Of a DNA stretch of 64,000 bases, positions 45,810 through 56,952 are shown piece by piece (the first letter of the stretch is position 1; every line of letters starts with the position of its first letter). A program made the position numbers and the translations under genes. Below the pieces are notes generated by a model. The model did not search any database. It worked only from the letters and a program-made list of their open reading frames with translations, and was not told the DNA's origin. The stretch comes from Eubacteriales bacterium (GTDB lineage Bacteria; Bacillota; Clostridia; Christensenellales; UMGS416). Where the stretch lies: NCBI GenBank assembly GCA_040883315.1, contig JBFLKU010000003.1, positions 30,012 to 94,011 of the forward strand. The letters are read 5' to 3'.

Positions 45810-46585
45810 CAGAGCACCACCTCTCTTATATCAAATACTGGTCCGTCTTGGCAGACTTTCTTGTAGTCTTTTACCCCATCTGCTTTTGTTTCGCATACGC
45901 ACACCTTGCATGCACCTATTCCGCAGCCCATTCTTTGCTCCAAAGAAATGTAGCAGGGCACGTCATATTTCAAAACAACTTTTTCAAGTGATTTAAATAG
46001 GGGGAGTGGTCCACATGCACAGATTGAATCGAAATGTTCATTCATCATCATTTTCTCTAGCGTATCTGTGGCAATGCCCTTTCTGCCGGCCGTTCCGTCA
46101 TCTGTATGCAGATATAGCGTGCTTATTTCCTTGAATATTGGTATTTGATATGCAAACTTTTTGCTTCTATATCCAATAAATGAATAGAATTCAATTTGTG
46201 GGTTTCTTTCGATTAAGTATCTTAATGGTGCAACGCCTATTCCTCCGCCTACTATTGCCACCTTTTTGGTGTCCTTATGCAGGAAAAATCCTCTGCCTAC
46301 AGGTCCTATAACGTCAAGTATAGTGTTGGGTGGCTGCTCGCACAGTATTTTTGTTCCTTCTCTTTTTGCCTGAACTATCAAAGTCATGGTTCCTGCTGAT
46401 GTATCTATGGAATTAATGCTTATAGGTCTTCTGGTAAGCATATCTGGTCTATTCGGTATTTGTATATGAACAAACTGGCCCGGTATGGCGTCTCGCTTTG
46501 CATTGTCCATATCCAGCACCATTTCGTATGTATCTACTGCAACTTTTGTTGATGATATCAACATTGCTTTTTGGTATCTTGCCAT
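45809..46585 (-). CDS. pyrK: dihydroorotate dehydrogenase B, electron-transfer subunit
   Basis: FAD/NAD-binding fold plus a C-terminal 2Fe-2S cluster CGIGACKVCVC. TGATG overlap with pyrD. Confidence 0.9.
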   Translation of the reverse strand: MARYQKAMLISSTKVAVDTYEMVLDMDNAKRDAIPGQFVHIQIPNRPDMLTRRPISINSIDTSAGTMTLIVQAKREGTKILCEQPPNTILDVIGPVGRGFFLHKDTKKVAIVGGGIGVAPLRYLIERNPQIEFYSFIGYRSKKFAYQIPIFKEISTLYLHTDDGTAGRKGIATDTLEKMMMNEHFDSICACGPLPLFKSLEKVVLKYDVPCYISLEQRMGCGIGACKVCVCETKADGVKDYKKVCQDGPVFDIREVVL

Positions 46586-46632
46586 GTTCTATAGTCCTTT
46601 CAAAATTTGTGTATATATAGAATACACTAAAA

Positions 46633-49600
46633 TTATTTATCTGTATATATTTCATTTAGTGCAACAGGCACAATATCTTTTTCTTCCAGATTCAGTTTTA
46701 GTGCTTTTACCAATGCACCTAAAGTATCTACTGATGTGATACATGGTATTTTGTATTCCACTGCCATTCTACGCACTCTGAACCCGTTTCTGGTGGCGTC
46801 GCGACCTTTTGTAGGGGTGTTTACTATCAGCTGCACTTTTTCGCTCTTTATCAAATCCTGCAGATTTGGACTTTCGTCATGATAGTGACCTATGTTGGAT
46901 GTAGGCACATATCTGGCTGTAAATTCGTGTGCTGTGCCTGCAGTCCCATATAAATTGTATCCGAGACCCACCAGATCCTCTGCCATAGGCACAGCTTCCT
47001 GCTTGAAACTATCGGAGATGGAGAGCAGTACATTGCCGGACTTTGGTATATTCATTCCTGCTGCAATCAATCCTTTATATACAGCTAGTTCAAATTTTCT
47101 GTCAATCCCCAGTGCTTCACCGGTTGATTTCATTTCAGGACCTAAAGATACCTCCAGCTCCGGCAGCTTTTCAAAGCTGAATACTGGAACTTTTACAGCG
47201 TAGAAATCTCTTTTTGGATACAGACCTGTGCCGTATCTAAGGGATTTTAATTCTTCTCCCATCATGCACTTTGTTGCCAGCTCTATCATAGGAACACCTG
47301 TAACCTTTGATATATATGGCACTGTTCTGGATGAACGTGGATTTACTTCGATTACATATAAATCATTTTTATATTCGATATACTGTATGTTTATCATGCC
47401 CAGTACGTTCAGTGCATTGCACAAAGAATAGGTGGTCTCTATTATCTTTTCCTGCAGTGCATCTGATATTGTGGGGGCAGGATATACTGATATTGAATCT
47501 CCTGAGTGCACACCTGCACGCTCTATATGCTCCATTATGCCGGGGATAAGTATATCCTTACCATCACAAATTGCATCTACTTCTATTTCTTTACCTGTCA
47601 GGTATTTGTCTACTAGTATAGGGTGCTCTTTTGTGCCATATCTATTTATTATTGCCATGTATTCGCTGATATCGCTGTCGGAATAAGCAATCTCCATGCC
47701 CTGTCCGCCCAGCACATATGAGGGACGAACCAATACAGGATAGCCAAGTCTTTTAGCTACCTTCAGGGCTTCGTCTGCTGTGAATACAGTAGAGCCTTCC
47801 GGTCTTGGAATATTCAGGCTTTCCAAAACCATTTCAAACTGCTCTCTATCCTCTGCCGCATTTATATCCTTTAGAGATGTTCCTAATATTTTAAAGCCTA
47901 GCTGCTCTACGTACTTTGCCAGCTTGATAGCTGTCTGTCCGCCAAACTGAACAACTACGCCTTCAGGCTTTTCAAGCTCCAGAACGTTCCATACGTACTC
48001 TGGGGTAAGCGGCTCGAAATACAGCCTGTCTGATGTATCAAAGTCTGTGGATACAGTCTCCGGATTGTTATTGATTATTACAGTATCGTATCCCATTTCC
48101 TTAAGTGCCCATATGGAGTGAACCGAACAATAGTCGAACTCTACGCCTTGACCTATTCTTATAGGGCCAGAGCCTAGAACAACAACGGATTTGTTTTTGC
48201 CAACTTGTGCTTCGTTTTCGTGCTGATATGTGGAGTAATAATACGGACTGACGGCATCAAACTCCGCACCACATGTATCTACCATTTTATATGTTGGCAT
48301 TATGCCCCAGTCCTTGCGCATTTTTCGGATTTCCTGCTCGTCTATGCTGCACCATCTGGCGATTGCGGAGTCGCTTATTCCACGTTCCTTTAGGGAGCGA
48401 AGATAGTCTTCGTTCAGCAAAGATGCACCATTTTTCTTTAGTGCTTCCTCTGTTTCTACTAGCTTTTGCAGCTTGTAGAGATACCACCTGTCAATTTTGG
48501 TGATATCAAATATATAGTCTGGGGTCACGCCGCGGCGGAGTGCCTCGGTGACAACGAATATTCTTTCGTCGCTTTTCCAGTGAAGCAGCTTTTTAATCTC
48601 TTCATCAGAATATTTTTTTGCATCTTTAAACTCCAAAGAATCAAAATCCAGCTCCAATGAGCAGATAGCCTTCATAAATGCAGACTCGAAATTGGCACCA
48701 ATGCTCATGACTTCGCCGGTTGCCATCATTCTGGTTCCCAATGTTTTTTCTGCTGTTGTGAATTTATCAAAAGGCCAGCGAGGGAATTTAGCAACAACAT
48801 AGTCCAGCGTAGGCTCGAAGCTGGCGTATGTTTTGCCGGTAACGGAATTGACTATTTCGTCCAGTCCGTAGCCTATTGCTATTTTTGTTGCTACTTTTGC
48901 TATTGGATATCCTGTGGCTTTGGATGCTAGGGCTGAGGAACGTGAAACGCGAGGGTTCACCTCTATTACTCCGTACTTCATGCTATCGGTGTCCAGTGCA
49001 TACTGCACATTGCAGCCACCCTCTATTTTCAGGGAATTTATTATATTGATAGCTGATGTTCTGAGCATTTGATACTCAGCATCACGAAGGGTTTGTGATG
49101 GGGCAACAACTATTGAGTCACCTGTGTGAATGCCTACAGGGTCAATATTTTCCATGTTACATACTGTTATGCAGTTGCCTTTGGAGTCACGCATTACTTC
49201 ATATTCTATCTCTTTATATCCGGATACGCTTTTTTCTATTAGGCATTGGGATGTTCTGGAATACCTAAGACCATCGCTTGTTATCATTGCCAGCTCTTTT
49301 GGGCTGTCAGCAATTCCACCGCCGCTGCCACCTAGTGTGTATGCAGGGCGTACTATCACGGGGTATCCTACCTCTGCTGCAAATTTAAGAGCCTCATCCA
49401 CATCAAAAACTATATGGGAGTCTATTACGGGCTCACCGATTTCCAGCATTGTCTGCTTAAAGGCGTCTCTGTCCTCTGCTTTATATATGCTCTCTACATT
49501 TGTGCCAAGAAGCTTTATGCCGCTTTCTTCTAGAAAGCCATCTTCAAAAAGCTCCATTGCAAGGTTGAGACCGGTCTGTCCGCCTAATGTAGGCAGCATG

Positions 49601-49854
49601 GAGTCTGGCTTTTCTTTTCTGATAATATTTTTTATCAGTTCTTTTGTTAAGGGCTCAAGATATACACTATCTGCAATATTCAAGTCAGTCATTATAGTTG
49701 CAGGGTTAGAATTGCACAAAACAACTTCGATGCCCTCTTCTTTTAGTGCTCTGCACGCCTGTGTGCCTGCATAGTCAAACTCTGCAGCCTGACCTATTAC
49801 AATAGGACCAGACCCTATAACTATTACTTTTTTAATATCCTTATTTAATGGCAT
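46633..49854 (-). CDS. carB: carbamoyl-phosphate synthase large subunit
   Basis: 1073 aa. Duplicated ATP-grasp halves and an MGS-like C-terminal domain. Confidence 0.96.
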   Translation of the reverse strand: MPLNKDIKKVIVIGSGPIVIGQAAEFDYAGTQACRALKEEGIEVVLCNSNPATIMTDLNIADSVYLEPLTKELIKNIIRKEKPDSMLPTLGGQTGLNLAMELFEDGFLEESGIKLLGTNVESIYKAEDRDAFKQTMLEIGEPVIDSHIVFDVDEALKFAAEVGYPVIVRPAYTLGGSGGGIADSPKELAMITSDGLRYSRTSQCLIEKSVSGYKEIEYEVMRDSKGNCITVCNMENIDPVGIHTGDSIVVAPSQTLRDAEYQMLRTSAINIINSLKIEGGCNVQYALDTDSMKYGVIEVNPRVSRSSALASKATGYPIAKVATKIAIGYGLDEIVNSVTGKTYASFEPTLDYVVAKFPRWPFDKFTTAEKTLGTRMMATGEVMSIGANFESAFMKAICSLELDFDSLEFKDAKKYSDEEIKKLLHWKSDERIFVVTEALRRGVTPDYIFDITKIDRWYLYKLQKLVETEEALKKNGASLLNEDYLRSLKERGISDSAIARWCSIDEQEIRKMRKDWGIMPTYKMVDTCGAEFDAVSPYYYSTYQHENEAQVGKNKSVVVLGSGPIRIGQGVEFDYCSVHSIWALKEMGYDTVIINNNPETVSTDFDTSDRLYFEPLTPEYVWNVLELEKPEGVVVQFGGQTAIKLAKYVEQLGFKILGTSLKDINAAEDREQFEMVLESLNIPRPEGSTVFTADEALKVAKRLGYPVLVRPSYVLGGQGMEIAYSDSDISEYMAIINRYGTKEHPILVDKYLTGKEIEVDAICDGKDILIPGIMEHIERAGVHSGDSISVYPAPTISDALQEKIIETTYSLCNALNVLGMINIQYIEYKNDLYVIEVNPRSSRTVPYISKVTGVPMIELATKCMMGEELKSLRYGTGLYPKRDFYAVKVPVFSFEKLPELEVSLGPEMKSTGEALGIDRKFELAVYKGLIAAGMNIPKSGNVLLSISDSFKQEAVPMAEDLVGLGYNLYGTAGTAHEFTARYVPTSNIGHYHDESPNLQDLIKSEKVQLIVNTPTKGRDATRNGFRVRRMAVEYKIPCITSVDTLGALVKALKLNLEEKDIVPVALNEIYTDK

Positions 49855-49869
49855 TTCTTTCTCCTTGCA

Positions 49870-50928
49870 CTACGCCTTGTTTTTTAGTTTGTCCACAAAC
49901 TCATCAAATAGATGTGAAGTATCATGAGGGCCGGGTGAAGCCTCCGGGTGAAACTGAACTGTAAATGTATCGTGGTCTTTGTATCGTATGCCCTCTATGG
50001 TCATGTCGTTCCAGTTTCTGTGGCTTATCTCCATATTATCAGGCAAATCTTTTTCTATTATAGTGTAGCCGTGGTTCTGCGATGTTATATATACACGGTC
50101 TTTTTCCATGTCCTTCACCGGATGGTTTGCGCCTCTGTGACCATAGCGCAGCTTTTCTGTGTCTGCTCCGCATGCCAGAGCCATCAGCTGGTGACCTAGG
50201 CATATGCCAAAAATAGGCTTTTTGCCTATCAGCTTTTTCAGCTCTTCAATTACGCCCTCGTTGTCTTTTGGGTCTCCGGGGCCGTTTGTAAGCATTATTC
50301 CATCTACCTTATCTTCTAGTATATCCTCTGCTTTCACATTTGCAGGGTAGACTATCAGGTGGCAGTTTCTTTTCCTTAGTGATGATAAAATAGATGCCTT
50401 CAAGCCGAAGTCCATAACAGCAATTTTTGGACCGGAGCTAGGCATTATAAATTTTTCTTCGCAGGTTACTTTTTCGACCGGATTTTTGTTTATATAGCTG
50501 AGCGCTTTTTTAATATCCTCATCTGTAGGTTCATTGTGGCATATTACTCCTCGCAGAGTGCCGAAATCACGGATTTTTCTGGTTAATGAGCGGGTGTCTA
50601 TTCCCTGTATTCCCACTATGCCGTGCTTTTCCATATAATTATTCAGGCTGCCTTCGCTGTGCCAGTTGCTGGGAATCTCGCAAAGCTCACGTACGATAAA
50701 TCCCTTAACCTGCGGATGCTGGGACTCTGGGTCTTCCCAGTTTACGCCGTAGTTGCCTATCAGTGGGTATGTCATCATAACTATCTGACCGCAGTATGAT
50801 GGGTCAGTTAGAACTTCCTGATAGCCTGTCATTCCCGTATTAAAAACTACTTCACCAACGGTGTCACACTTTGCTCCAAATGATTTTCCGTGATATACAG
50901 TAGAGTCTTCCAATACTAAATATGCCAT
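49870..50928 (-). CDS. carA: carbamoyl-phosphate synthase small subunit
   Basis: 352 aa. GATase triad region GICLGHQ...HPE. Confidence 0.95.
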   Translation of the reverse strand: MAYLVLEDSTVYHGKSFGAKCDTVGEVVFNTGMTGYQEVLTDPSYCGQIVMMTYPLIGNYGVNWEDPESQHPQVKGFIVRELCEIPSNWHSEGSLNNYMEKHGIVGIQGIDTRSLTRKIRDFGTLRGVICHNEPTDEDIKKALSYINKNPVEKVTCEEKFIMPSSGPKIAVMDFGLKASILSSLRKRNCHLIVYPANVKAEDILEDKVDGIMLTNGPGDPKDNEGVIEELKKLIGKKPIFGICLGHQLMALACGADTEKLRYGHRGANHPVKDMEKDRVYITSQNHGYTIIEKDLPDNMEISHRNWNDMTIEGIRYKDHDTFTVQFHPEASPGPHDTSHLFDEFVDKLKNKA

Positions 50929-50948
50929 GTATTTCTCCTTGTAAGATA

Positions 50949-51833
50949 TTACTTGTTGTTTAATGCTTTATCTATGCTTTCAATCATGGAAACTGTAGCA
51001 TCATATGCAGACTGCGCAAAGTCATCAGTTTCTGCTTTTTTCCATGCACCTATTATTCCTCTGGATGAGTTTACTATGCCACCCACTCCGTTTTTATCAA
51101 ACATTCCTGCTATGTCATCAGCTGCTGCACCCTGTGCTCCGTACCCGGGGATTAGGAAGAATGTATTTTTCATTTTTTTGCGAAGGGATATGCCTTCTTC
51201 TTTGTGAGTAGCACCTACTACTGCACCGATAGAATTATATCCATGTTTGCCTGCTGTATTGCCCCATTTTATAACCAAATCTGCACACTTTTCATATATC
51301 TTACTGCCATCATCTGTCATCAGATCCTGCAGCTCAGAAGATGATGGATTAGACGTTTTGACCAGTACGAAAAGCCCTTTGTCATCCTCAATACATTTAT
51401 CCAAAAATGGCTGCATTCCGTCTGTTCCGAAATATGGGTTTACTGTCATAAAATCTGCGTTGAATAATGCCTTGCCAAGATGGGCATCAGCATATGCTGT
51501 GCATGTGGAGCCGATGTCACCTCTTTTTACGTCGGCAATTACTATCATATTGGCAGAGTGTGCATATTCTATGGTTTTCGCATATGCTTCAATTCCTGCT
51601 ATTCCATACATTTCATAGTATGCATTCTGCAGCTTTACGCTGGGGATAATATCAGCCAATTTATCTATTAATATTTTATTATATTCAAAGATTTTATCGG
51701 CGCATTTTGATAAGTCACTAACATCTACATTTTTGATATATGATGCGGGCATCACACCTAGGTGAGTATCCAGACCTACACATATAGGTGCATTGGTTTC
51801 TATAATCTTGTCGATTAGTTTATCGGTTATCAT
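50949..51833 (-). CDS. pyrF: orotidine-5'-phosphate decarboxylase (long, type 2 form)
   Basis: 294 aa. VGLD...ADVKRGDIG motifs. Confidence 0.88.
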   Translation of the reverse strand: MITDKLIDKIIETNAPICVGLDTHLGVMPASYIKNVDVSDLSKCADKIFEYNKILIDKLADIIPSVKLQNAYYEMYGIAGIEAYAKTIEYAHSANMIVIADVKRGDIGSTCTAYADAHLGKALFNADFMTVNPYFGTDGMQPFLDKCIEDDKGLFVLVKTSNPSSSELQDLMTDDGSKIYEKCADLVIKWGNTAGKHGYNSIGAVVGATHKEEGISLRKKMKNTFFLIPGYGAQGAAADDIAGMFDKNGVGGIVNSSRGIIGAWKKAETDDFAQSAYDATVSMIESIDKALNNK

Positions 51834-51895
51834 ATTATCTCCTTGTATATTGATTTACATTATAGCAAATGTATAATTATTAATCAAGATGTATA

Positions 51896-53170
51896 TTATG
51901 CTTGATATACTATATTGCCTTTTACTATAGTAGTTTTTATTTTTCCTTTTACATTCCAGCCATCAAAGGGATTGTTTTTACCTTTCGATACAAACGAACT
52001 GACATCTACTGCATATTCCGCGTTTTCGTCTATTATTGTTATATCAGCATCCGCACCTATAGATAGAGTTCCTGCTGCGATATTTAATATTTTTGCAGGA
52101 GCGGCACACATCATCTCCACAAGCTTAGAAATTGATATTTTCTTTGTCTCTACCAATTGAGTGTAGCATAGAGAAAAAGCAGTCTCAAACCCTGATATTC
52201 CCATAGCAGCCAGCTGATACTCCACTAGTTTATCATCAACATGGTGGGGAGCATGGTCTGTGGCTATGGCGTCTATTGTGCCGTCAATTATTCCGTTTAT
52301 TATTGCTTGTCTATCTTCTTCTGTTCTAAGAGGCGGGTTAACCTTTGTAGATGTGTCATAGTCCGCTGTCATTTCGTCTGTTCCAGCTATATAATGCGGG
52401 CATGTTTCGCAGGTTACATTCACCCCTCTTTTTTTTGCATTGCGAATTATTTCCACGCTGCCTTTTGTGGATATATGAGCTATGTGAACCTTTGTATCCA
52501 ATGCCTCAGCTAATGCTATTTCTCTGAAGACCATTATTTCCTCTGCGGCTCTGTTTATGCCCGGCATACCTAGCTTGGTGGACATTATTCCTTCGTTTAT
52601 GCAGCCGCCTGCTGCCAGCTCGTCTTCGCAATGAGATATTATAGGCATATCAAATTGCTTTGCGTAGTTTAGGGCATTATACATCATTTTGGATGTAGAG
52701 ACTCCCTTGCCATCGTCCGAGAATGCCACACATCCTGCATCTTTCATCATTCCCATCTCTACCAGTTCTTTGCCGGATAGTGATTTGGTTATTGCACCTA
52801 TAGGGTAGATATTTACTACTGAATCAGATTTGGCAGATTCCAAAATTGATATGGTAATCGCCGGATTATCATTTATTGGGTTTGTATTCGCCATGCATGC
52901 AATAGATGTGAAGCCACCTTTTGCTGCAGCTCTGGAGCCTGTGAATATATTTTCTTTATATTCGTATCCCGGCTCCCGCAGATGGCAGTGCATATCAACA
53001 AGCCCCGGAATTGCAGTCATATTTTGAGCATCTATTATTTCTGCATCTTTACAATTTATACTTTCTGCAATTTTCTTTATTTTGTCGTTTTCAATTAGGA
53101 TATCAGCTTTTTTATTTATATTGTTTTCTGCACACACAACATTTACATTTTTTATTATTGTTTGTTTCAT
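51896..53170 (-). CDS. pyrC: dihydroorotase
   Basis: DMHCHLREPG metal motif, amidohydrolase fold. Start moved to the ATG at 53170, which has a GGAGAA SD. The track start at 53185 is GTG. Confidence 0.92.
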   Translation of the reverse strand: MKQTIIKNVNVVCAENNINKKADILIENDKIKKIAESINCKDAEIIDAQNMTAIPGLVDMHCHLREPGYEYKENIFTGSRAAAKGGFTSIACMANTNPINDNPAITISILESAKSDSVVNIYPIGAITKSLSGKELVEMGMMKDAGCVAFSDDGKGVSTSKMMYNALNYAKQFDMPIISHCEDELAAGGCINEGIMSTKLGMPGINRAAEEIMVFREIALAEALDTKVHIAHISTKGSVEIIRNAKKRGVNVTCETCPHYIAGTDEMTADYDTSTKVNPPLRTEEDRQAIINGIIDGTIDAIATDHAPHHVDDKLVEYQLAAMGISGFETAFSLCYTQLVETKKISISKLVEMMCAAPAKILNIAAGTLSIGADADITIIDENAEYAVDVSSFVSKGKNNPFDGWNVKGKIKTTIVKGNIVYQA

Positions 53171-53188
53171 ATTTTCTCCATTCACAGC

Positions 53189-54106
53189 TTAATAATTTGG
53201 TCTGGTAAGCATGAAGAGCAATGCCATGCGAACAGCCACACCGTTGGTTACTTGTTCGTCTATTACGCAGCTTTCATAGTCCATCACAAAGGAGCTGATT
53301 TCAGCACCTCTATTCACAGGACCGGGGTGCATAATCATAACGTCTTTGTCAGCCAGTGATACACGTCTTTCATCTATTCCGAAAAATTTATGATATTCTC
53401 TGATGCTTGGGAAAAGCCCTGCGGATTGTCTCTCTTTTTGTATCCTAAGCCCCATTATCACATTTGCACCAGTCACTGCTTCGTCTATATTTTTATCTAC
53501 CGTTGCTCCCAGCTCCTCTATGCCATATGGCAGCATAGTTTGTGGAGATGTGATATGGACATCTGCTCCCATAGTTGTCATGCCATATATATTGCTTCTA
53601 GCTACTCTGGAGTGAAGAACATCGCCTGCAATTGCTATCTTTAGCCCTTTTAGTGTGCCGAATTTTTCTTTTATGGTCATCATATCCAGAAGTGACTGTG
53701 TAGGGTGCTCGTGCATGCCATCGCCTGCGTTTATTACGCTGGCTTTCACATGCTTTGCCATCAGATGAGGAGCGCCTGCCATTGGGTGACGCATTATTAA
53801 AACATCCACTTCCATTCTGTCTAGGGTTCGGGCTGTGTCCAGCAGTGTTTCGCCCTTTGAAACTGATGATGATGACGCTGATACATTTGATGATGCAGCA
53901 GATAAATACTTGCATGCAAGATCAAATGACACTCTTGTTCTTGTGGAGTTTTCATAAAATAGAGTGACAACAGATTTTCCCTGAAGATGAGGTGTTTTCT
54001 TGTTGCCGGTTTTTAATATTTTTTTCATTTGTGATGCTGTGGATAGTACCCTTAGTATTTCGTCTTTGGATACATCTTTTAAGCCTAATAAATCTTTGCT
54101 TTGCAT
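53189..54106 (-). CDS. pyrB: aspartate carbamoyltransferase catalytic subunit
   Basis: STRTR and HPTQ motifs. Start moved to the ATG at 54106, which has a GGAGGG SD. The track start at 54136 is TTG. Confidence 0.93.
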   Translation of the reverse strand: MQSKDLLGLKDVSKDEILRVLSTASQMKKILKTGNKKTPHLQGKSVVTLFYENSTRTRVSFDLACKYLSAASSNVSASSSSVSKGETLLDTARTLDRMEVDVLIMRHPMAGAPHLMAKHVKASVINAGDGMHEHPTQSLLDMMTIKEKFGTLKGLKIAIAGDVLHSRVARSNIYGMTTMGADVHITSPQTMLPYGIEELGATVDKNIDEAVTGANVIMGLRIQKERQSAGLFPSIREYHKFFGIDERRVSLADKDVMIMHPGPVNRGAEISSFVMDYESCVIDEQVTNGVAVRMALLFMLTRPNY

Positions 54107-54170
54107 ATTCCCTCCGGTTTTTATACTTCTGCTCAAAAATCTTTTGATTTTTCAGCACAGATATAATGAA

Positions 54171-54192
54171 GGAGGAGGAAAATCCTCCTCCC
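54171..54192 (-). terminator. strong hairpin after pyrP (terminator-like, weak U-tail)
   Basis: On the minus strand: GGAGGAGGAtttTCCTCCTCC, a 9-bp perfect stem, followed by TTCATTATAT. Confidence 0.45.
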
Positions 54193-54200
54193 AAATTGGA

Positions 54201-55463
54201 TTATTGATTGTCTACATGTTCGGGCAATACTAGGTTTAGTATTATTCCTACAAGTGCTGCAAGGGCTACACCTGATACTGTGAACGAATCATTTATTTGT
54301 ATAGACACTGCTATACCCGTTACTAGAATGATTGATAGGATTAGTAGATTACGGCTTTTGGTGAAGTCAACTTTTGCTTCTGCCATAGTACGGATACCTA
54401 TAGAAGCTATCATTCCAAATAGTACAAAGCTCATTCCGCCGATAACTGGCTGAGGTACTGTCTTTAGGAAAGCACCGAAGAAGCCGAATATTGAAAGTAC
54501 TATTGCATATGTTGCAGCTACACGAAGTGTTCTTGGGTCATAATTTTTTGTTACAGCAAGCACGCCTGTGTTTTCGCCGTATGTTGTGTTTGCAGGTCCG
54601 CCTACAAAACCCGCCAGCATTGTTGCAAGTCCGTCACCTATTAAAGTTCTATGAAGACCTGGGTCTTTGAAGAAGTCTTGCTTAACAACTGAACCGTTTG
54701 TTGTGATGTCGCCTAGATGCTCCATGAATGTGGCTATTGATATTGGTGCAATTGTAAGAATTGCTGACCATGAGAATGCAGGCAAGTGGAAAGCCGGAAG
54801 TTCAAGGAATTGAGCTTTACTGAATGGCTCAAAGTTCATCAATGGTGCAACACCTTCTGGAAGAGCTACTGTATAGTGCAGAAGAATAGCTACTCCATAG
54901 GAGACTATAAGACCAAATAATATTGGTACGAGCTTGAAGAAGCCTTTTGTGAAAATTGATACTATTACAACAGTAGCAATTGCTGATACAGCAACCAGCC
55001 ACTTAGTCCAAAGTACTCCGCCAACAAAAGATGCTGCTATATCATTATAGATAACTGTTGGTGCAAGAGTTAGACCGATAACTATGATAACAGGACCTGT
55101 TACGATGGCTGGGAAGACTTTTCTCACTCTTTCGCTGCCTACTAGTTTTACTATTAGTGCGAATATCAGATACATAGCACCTGCTATCATAATAGCACCT
55201 GTTGCGTATTGTTTTCCCTCAGCCTGCACAATGTATGCAATAGCACCCATGAATGCAAAGCTGGAGCCTAGAAATACTGGCACTTTTCTTTTGGTTACAA
55301 GGTGGAAAATCCACGTGCCGGCACCTGCTGCAAAAAGTGCAACGCCTACATCAAGACCTGTGAGTGCCGGAACAACGATTGTAGCACCGAACATTGCAAA
55401 TAGATGCTGCAATCCCAGTACAAAGGTTTTCCATGACAATGGAGCTTTGGTTGTTTCGCTCAT
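54201..55463 (-). CDS. pyrP: uracil permease (NCS2 family)
   Basis: 420 aa, polytopic. QHLFAMFGATIVVP signature. Located in the pyr operon. Confidence 0.9.
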   Translation of the reverse strand: MSETTKAPLSWKTFVLGLQHLFAMFGATIVVPALTGLDVGVALFAAGAGTWIFHLVTKRKVPVFLGSSFAFMGAIAYIVQAEGKQYATGAIMIAGAMYLIFALIVKLVGSERVRKVFPAIVTGPVIIVIGLTLAPTVIYNDIAASFVGGVLWTKWLVAVSAIATVVIVSIFTKGFFKLVPILFGLIVSYGVAILLHYTVALPEGVAPLMNFEPFSKAQFLELPAFHLPAFSWSAILTIAPISIATFMEHLGDITTNGSVVKQDFFKDPGLHRTLIGDGLATMLAGFVGGPANTTYGENTGVLAVTKNYDPRTLRVAATYAIVLSIFGFFGAFLKTVPQPVIGGMSFVLFGMIASIGIRTMAEAKVDFTKSRNLLILSIILVTGIAVSIQINDSFTVSGVALAALVGIILNLVLPEHVDNQ

Positions 55464-55495
55464 AAATATACCTCCGAAATAAAATATTGTATAAT

Positions 55496-56189
<694 letters not shown>

Positions 56190-56239
56190 TTATACAGCAA
56201 ACTATACAATTACTAAATATAAATTGCTTTTTATCATCA

Positions 56240-56270
56240 CCTTGTCAGCTTCACGGAACTGATTTAAAGG
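56240..56270 (-). promoter_or_regulatory. candidate PyrR-binding stem-loop in the pyr leader
   Basis: On the minus strand: CCTTTAAATCAGTTCCGTGAAGCTGACAAGG. The core CAGUUCCGUGAAGCUG matches 12 of 16 positions of the CAGUCCAGAGAGGCUG consensus. Flanked by CCUUU/AAGG pairing. Confidence 0.5.
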
Positions 56271-56284
56271 TAAATTTCTATTGA

Positions 56285-56313
56285 ATTATACATTAAATAT
56301 TGCTTTTAGTCAA
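56285..56313 (-). promoter_or_regulatory. SigA-type promoter of the pyr operon
   Basis: On the minus strand: TTGACT (56313-56308), 17 nt, TATAAT (56290-56285). Confidence 0.65.
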
Positions 56314-56324
56314 TCACATATTTT

Positions 56325-56804
56325 TTAGTGTCCGCACTTGCCGCAGCTGGTGCAGCTATGCGACAGAGGAGAAGTTTCTTTTACGACTTTCATCACTATT
56401 CTTTCATCTCCCGGCTCCATTTCATGTGTTTTGCCGCAGTCAGCGAAATTAAGCTTTTTATAGAAATCCACACTTTCTTTTCTAGCGTACACATATACTT
56501 CCTCAGCCAGCAGATTGAAAGCCATCTGCAGAAGCATCCTTACCAGCAAGTCGCCGATATTATTGCCTCTAGCTTCCGGAAGCACTGCTATGCCGCCGAT
56601 TGTAAACGTTCCGTTGTATTCATATACTCTGCCTGTAGCTACTGGTTTGTCATCATCTAGCAACAATACATGCATTGCTCTGCTGTCGTATTCATCGAAA
56701 TGTGTATTTTCGCTTAATCCTAAATCATCTATAAAAACTTTTTTTCTTATATTATATATTTCGTCAAAGTTGTCTTTGCCGAAAATCCATTTGCCTTCTA
56801 TCAT
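56325..56804 (-). CDS. GNAT-family N-acetyltransferase with Cys-rich C-terminal tail
   Basis: 159 aa. Acetyl-CoA region IAVLPEARGNNIGDLL. C-terminal tail CTSCGKCGH. Confidence 0.8.
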   Translation of the reverse strand: MIEGKWIFGKDNFDEIYNIRKKVFIDDLGLSENTHFDEYDSRAMHVLLLDDDKPVATGRVYEYNGTFTIGGIAVLPEARGNNIGDLLVRMLLQMAFNLLAEEVYVYARKESVDFYKKLNFADCGKTHEMEPGDERIVMKVVKETSPLSHSCTSCGKCGH

Positions 56805-56923
56805 AGTTTTGTATCCCTTATATTTTATTTGGTTACATAATTATATCAGATGATGATGTTTAGTCAATGTAAATAGGGATTATTATATTAAAACGAAAAG
56901 AACTTTTTTGCTTAATCTGCTAT

Positions 56924-56952
56924 TTGACAAAATTAATCTTTATGTGTAGAAT
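56924..56952 (+). promoter_or_regulatory. putative rho promoter (~230-nt leader)
   Basis: TTGACA (56924-56929), 17 nt, TAGAAT (56947-56952). Confidence 0.5.

Noticed and set aside
49130-49774. 214-aa plus-strand ORF antisense to carB. Similar long antisense ORFs lie at 44923-45573 (pyrD), 36813-37382 (pstA), 17864-18388 (tlpA), 25383-26317 (ABC-2 permease), 20951-21409 (kinase) and 57153-57557 (rho).
   Set aside because: All are embedded in strongly supported genes and have serine/isoleucine-rich, low-information translations. None has a ribosome-binding site. I treat them as frame shadows.
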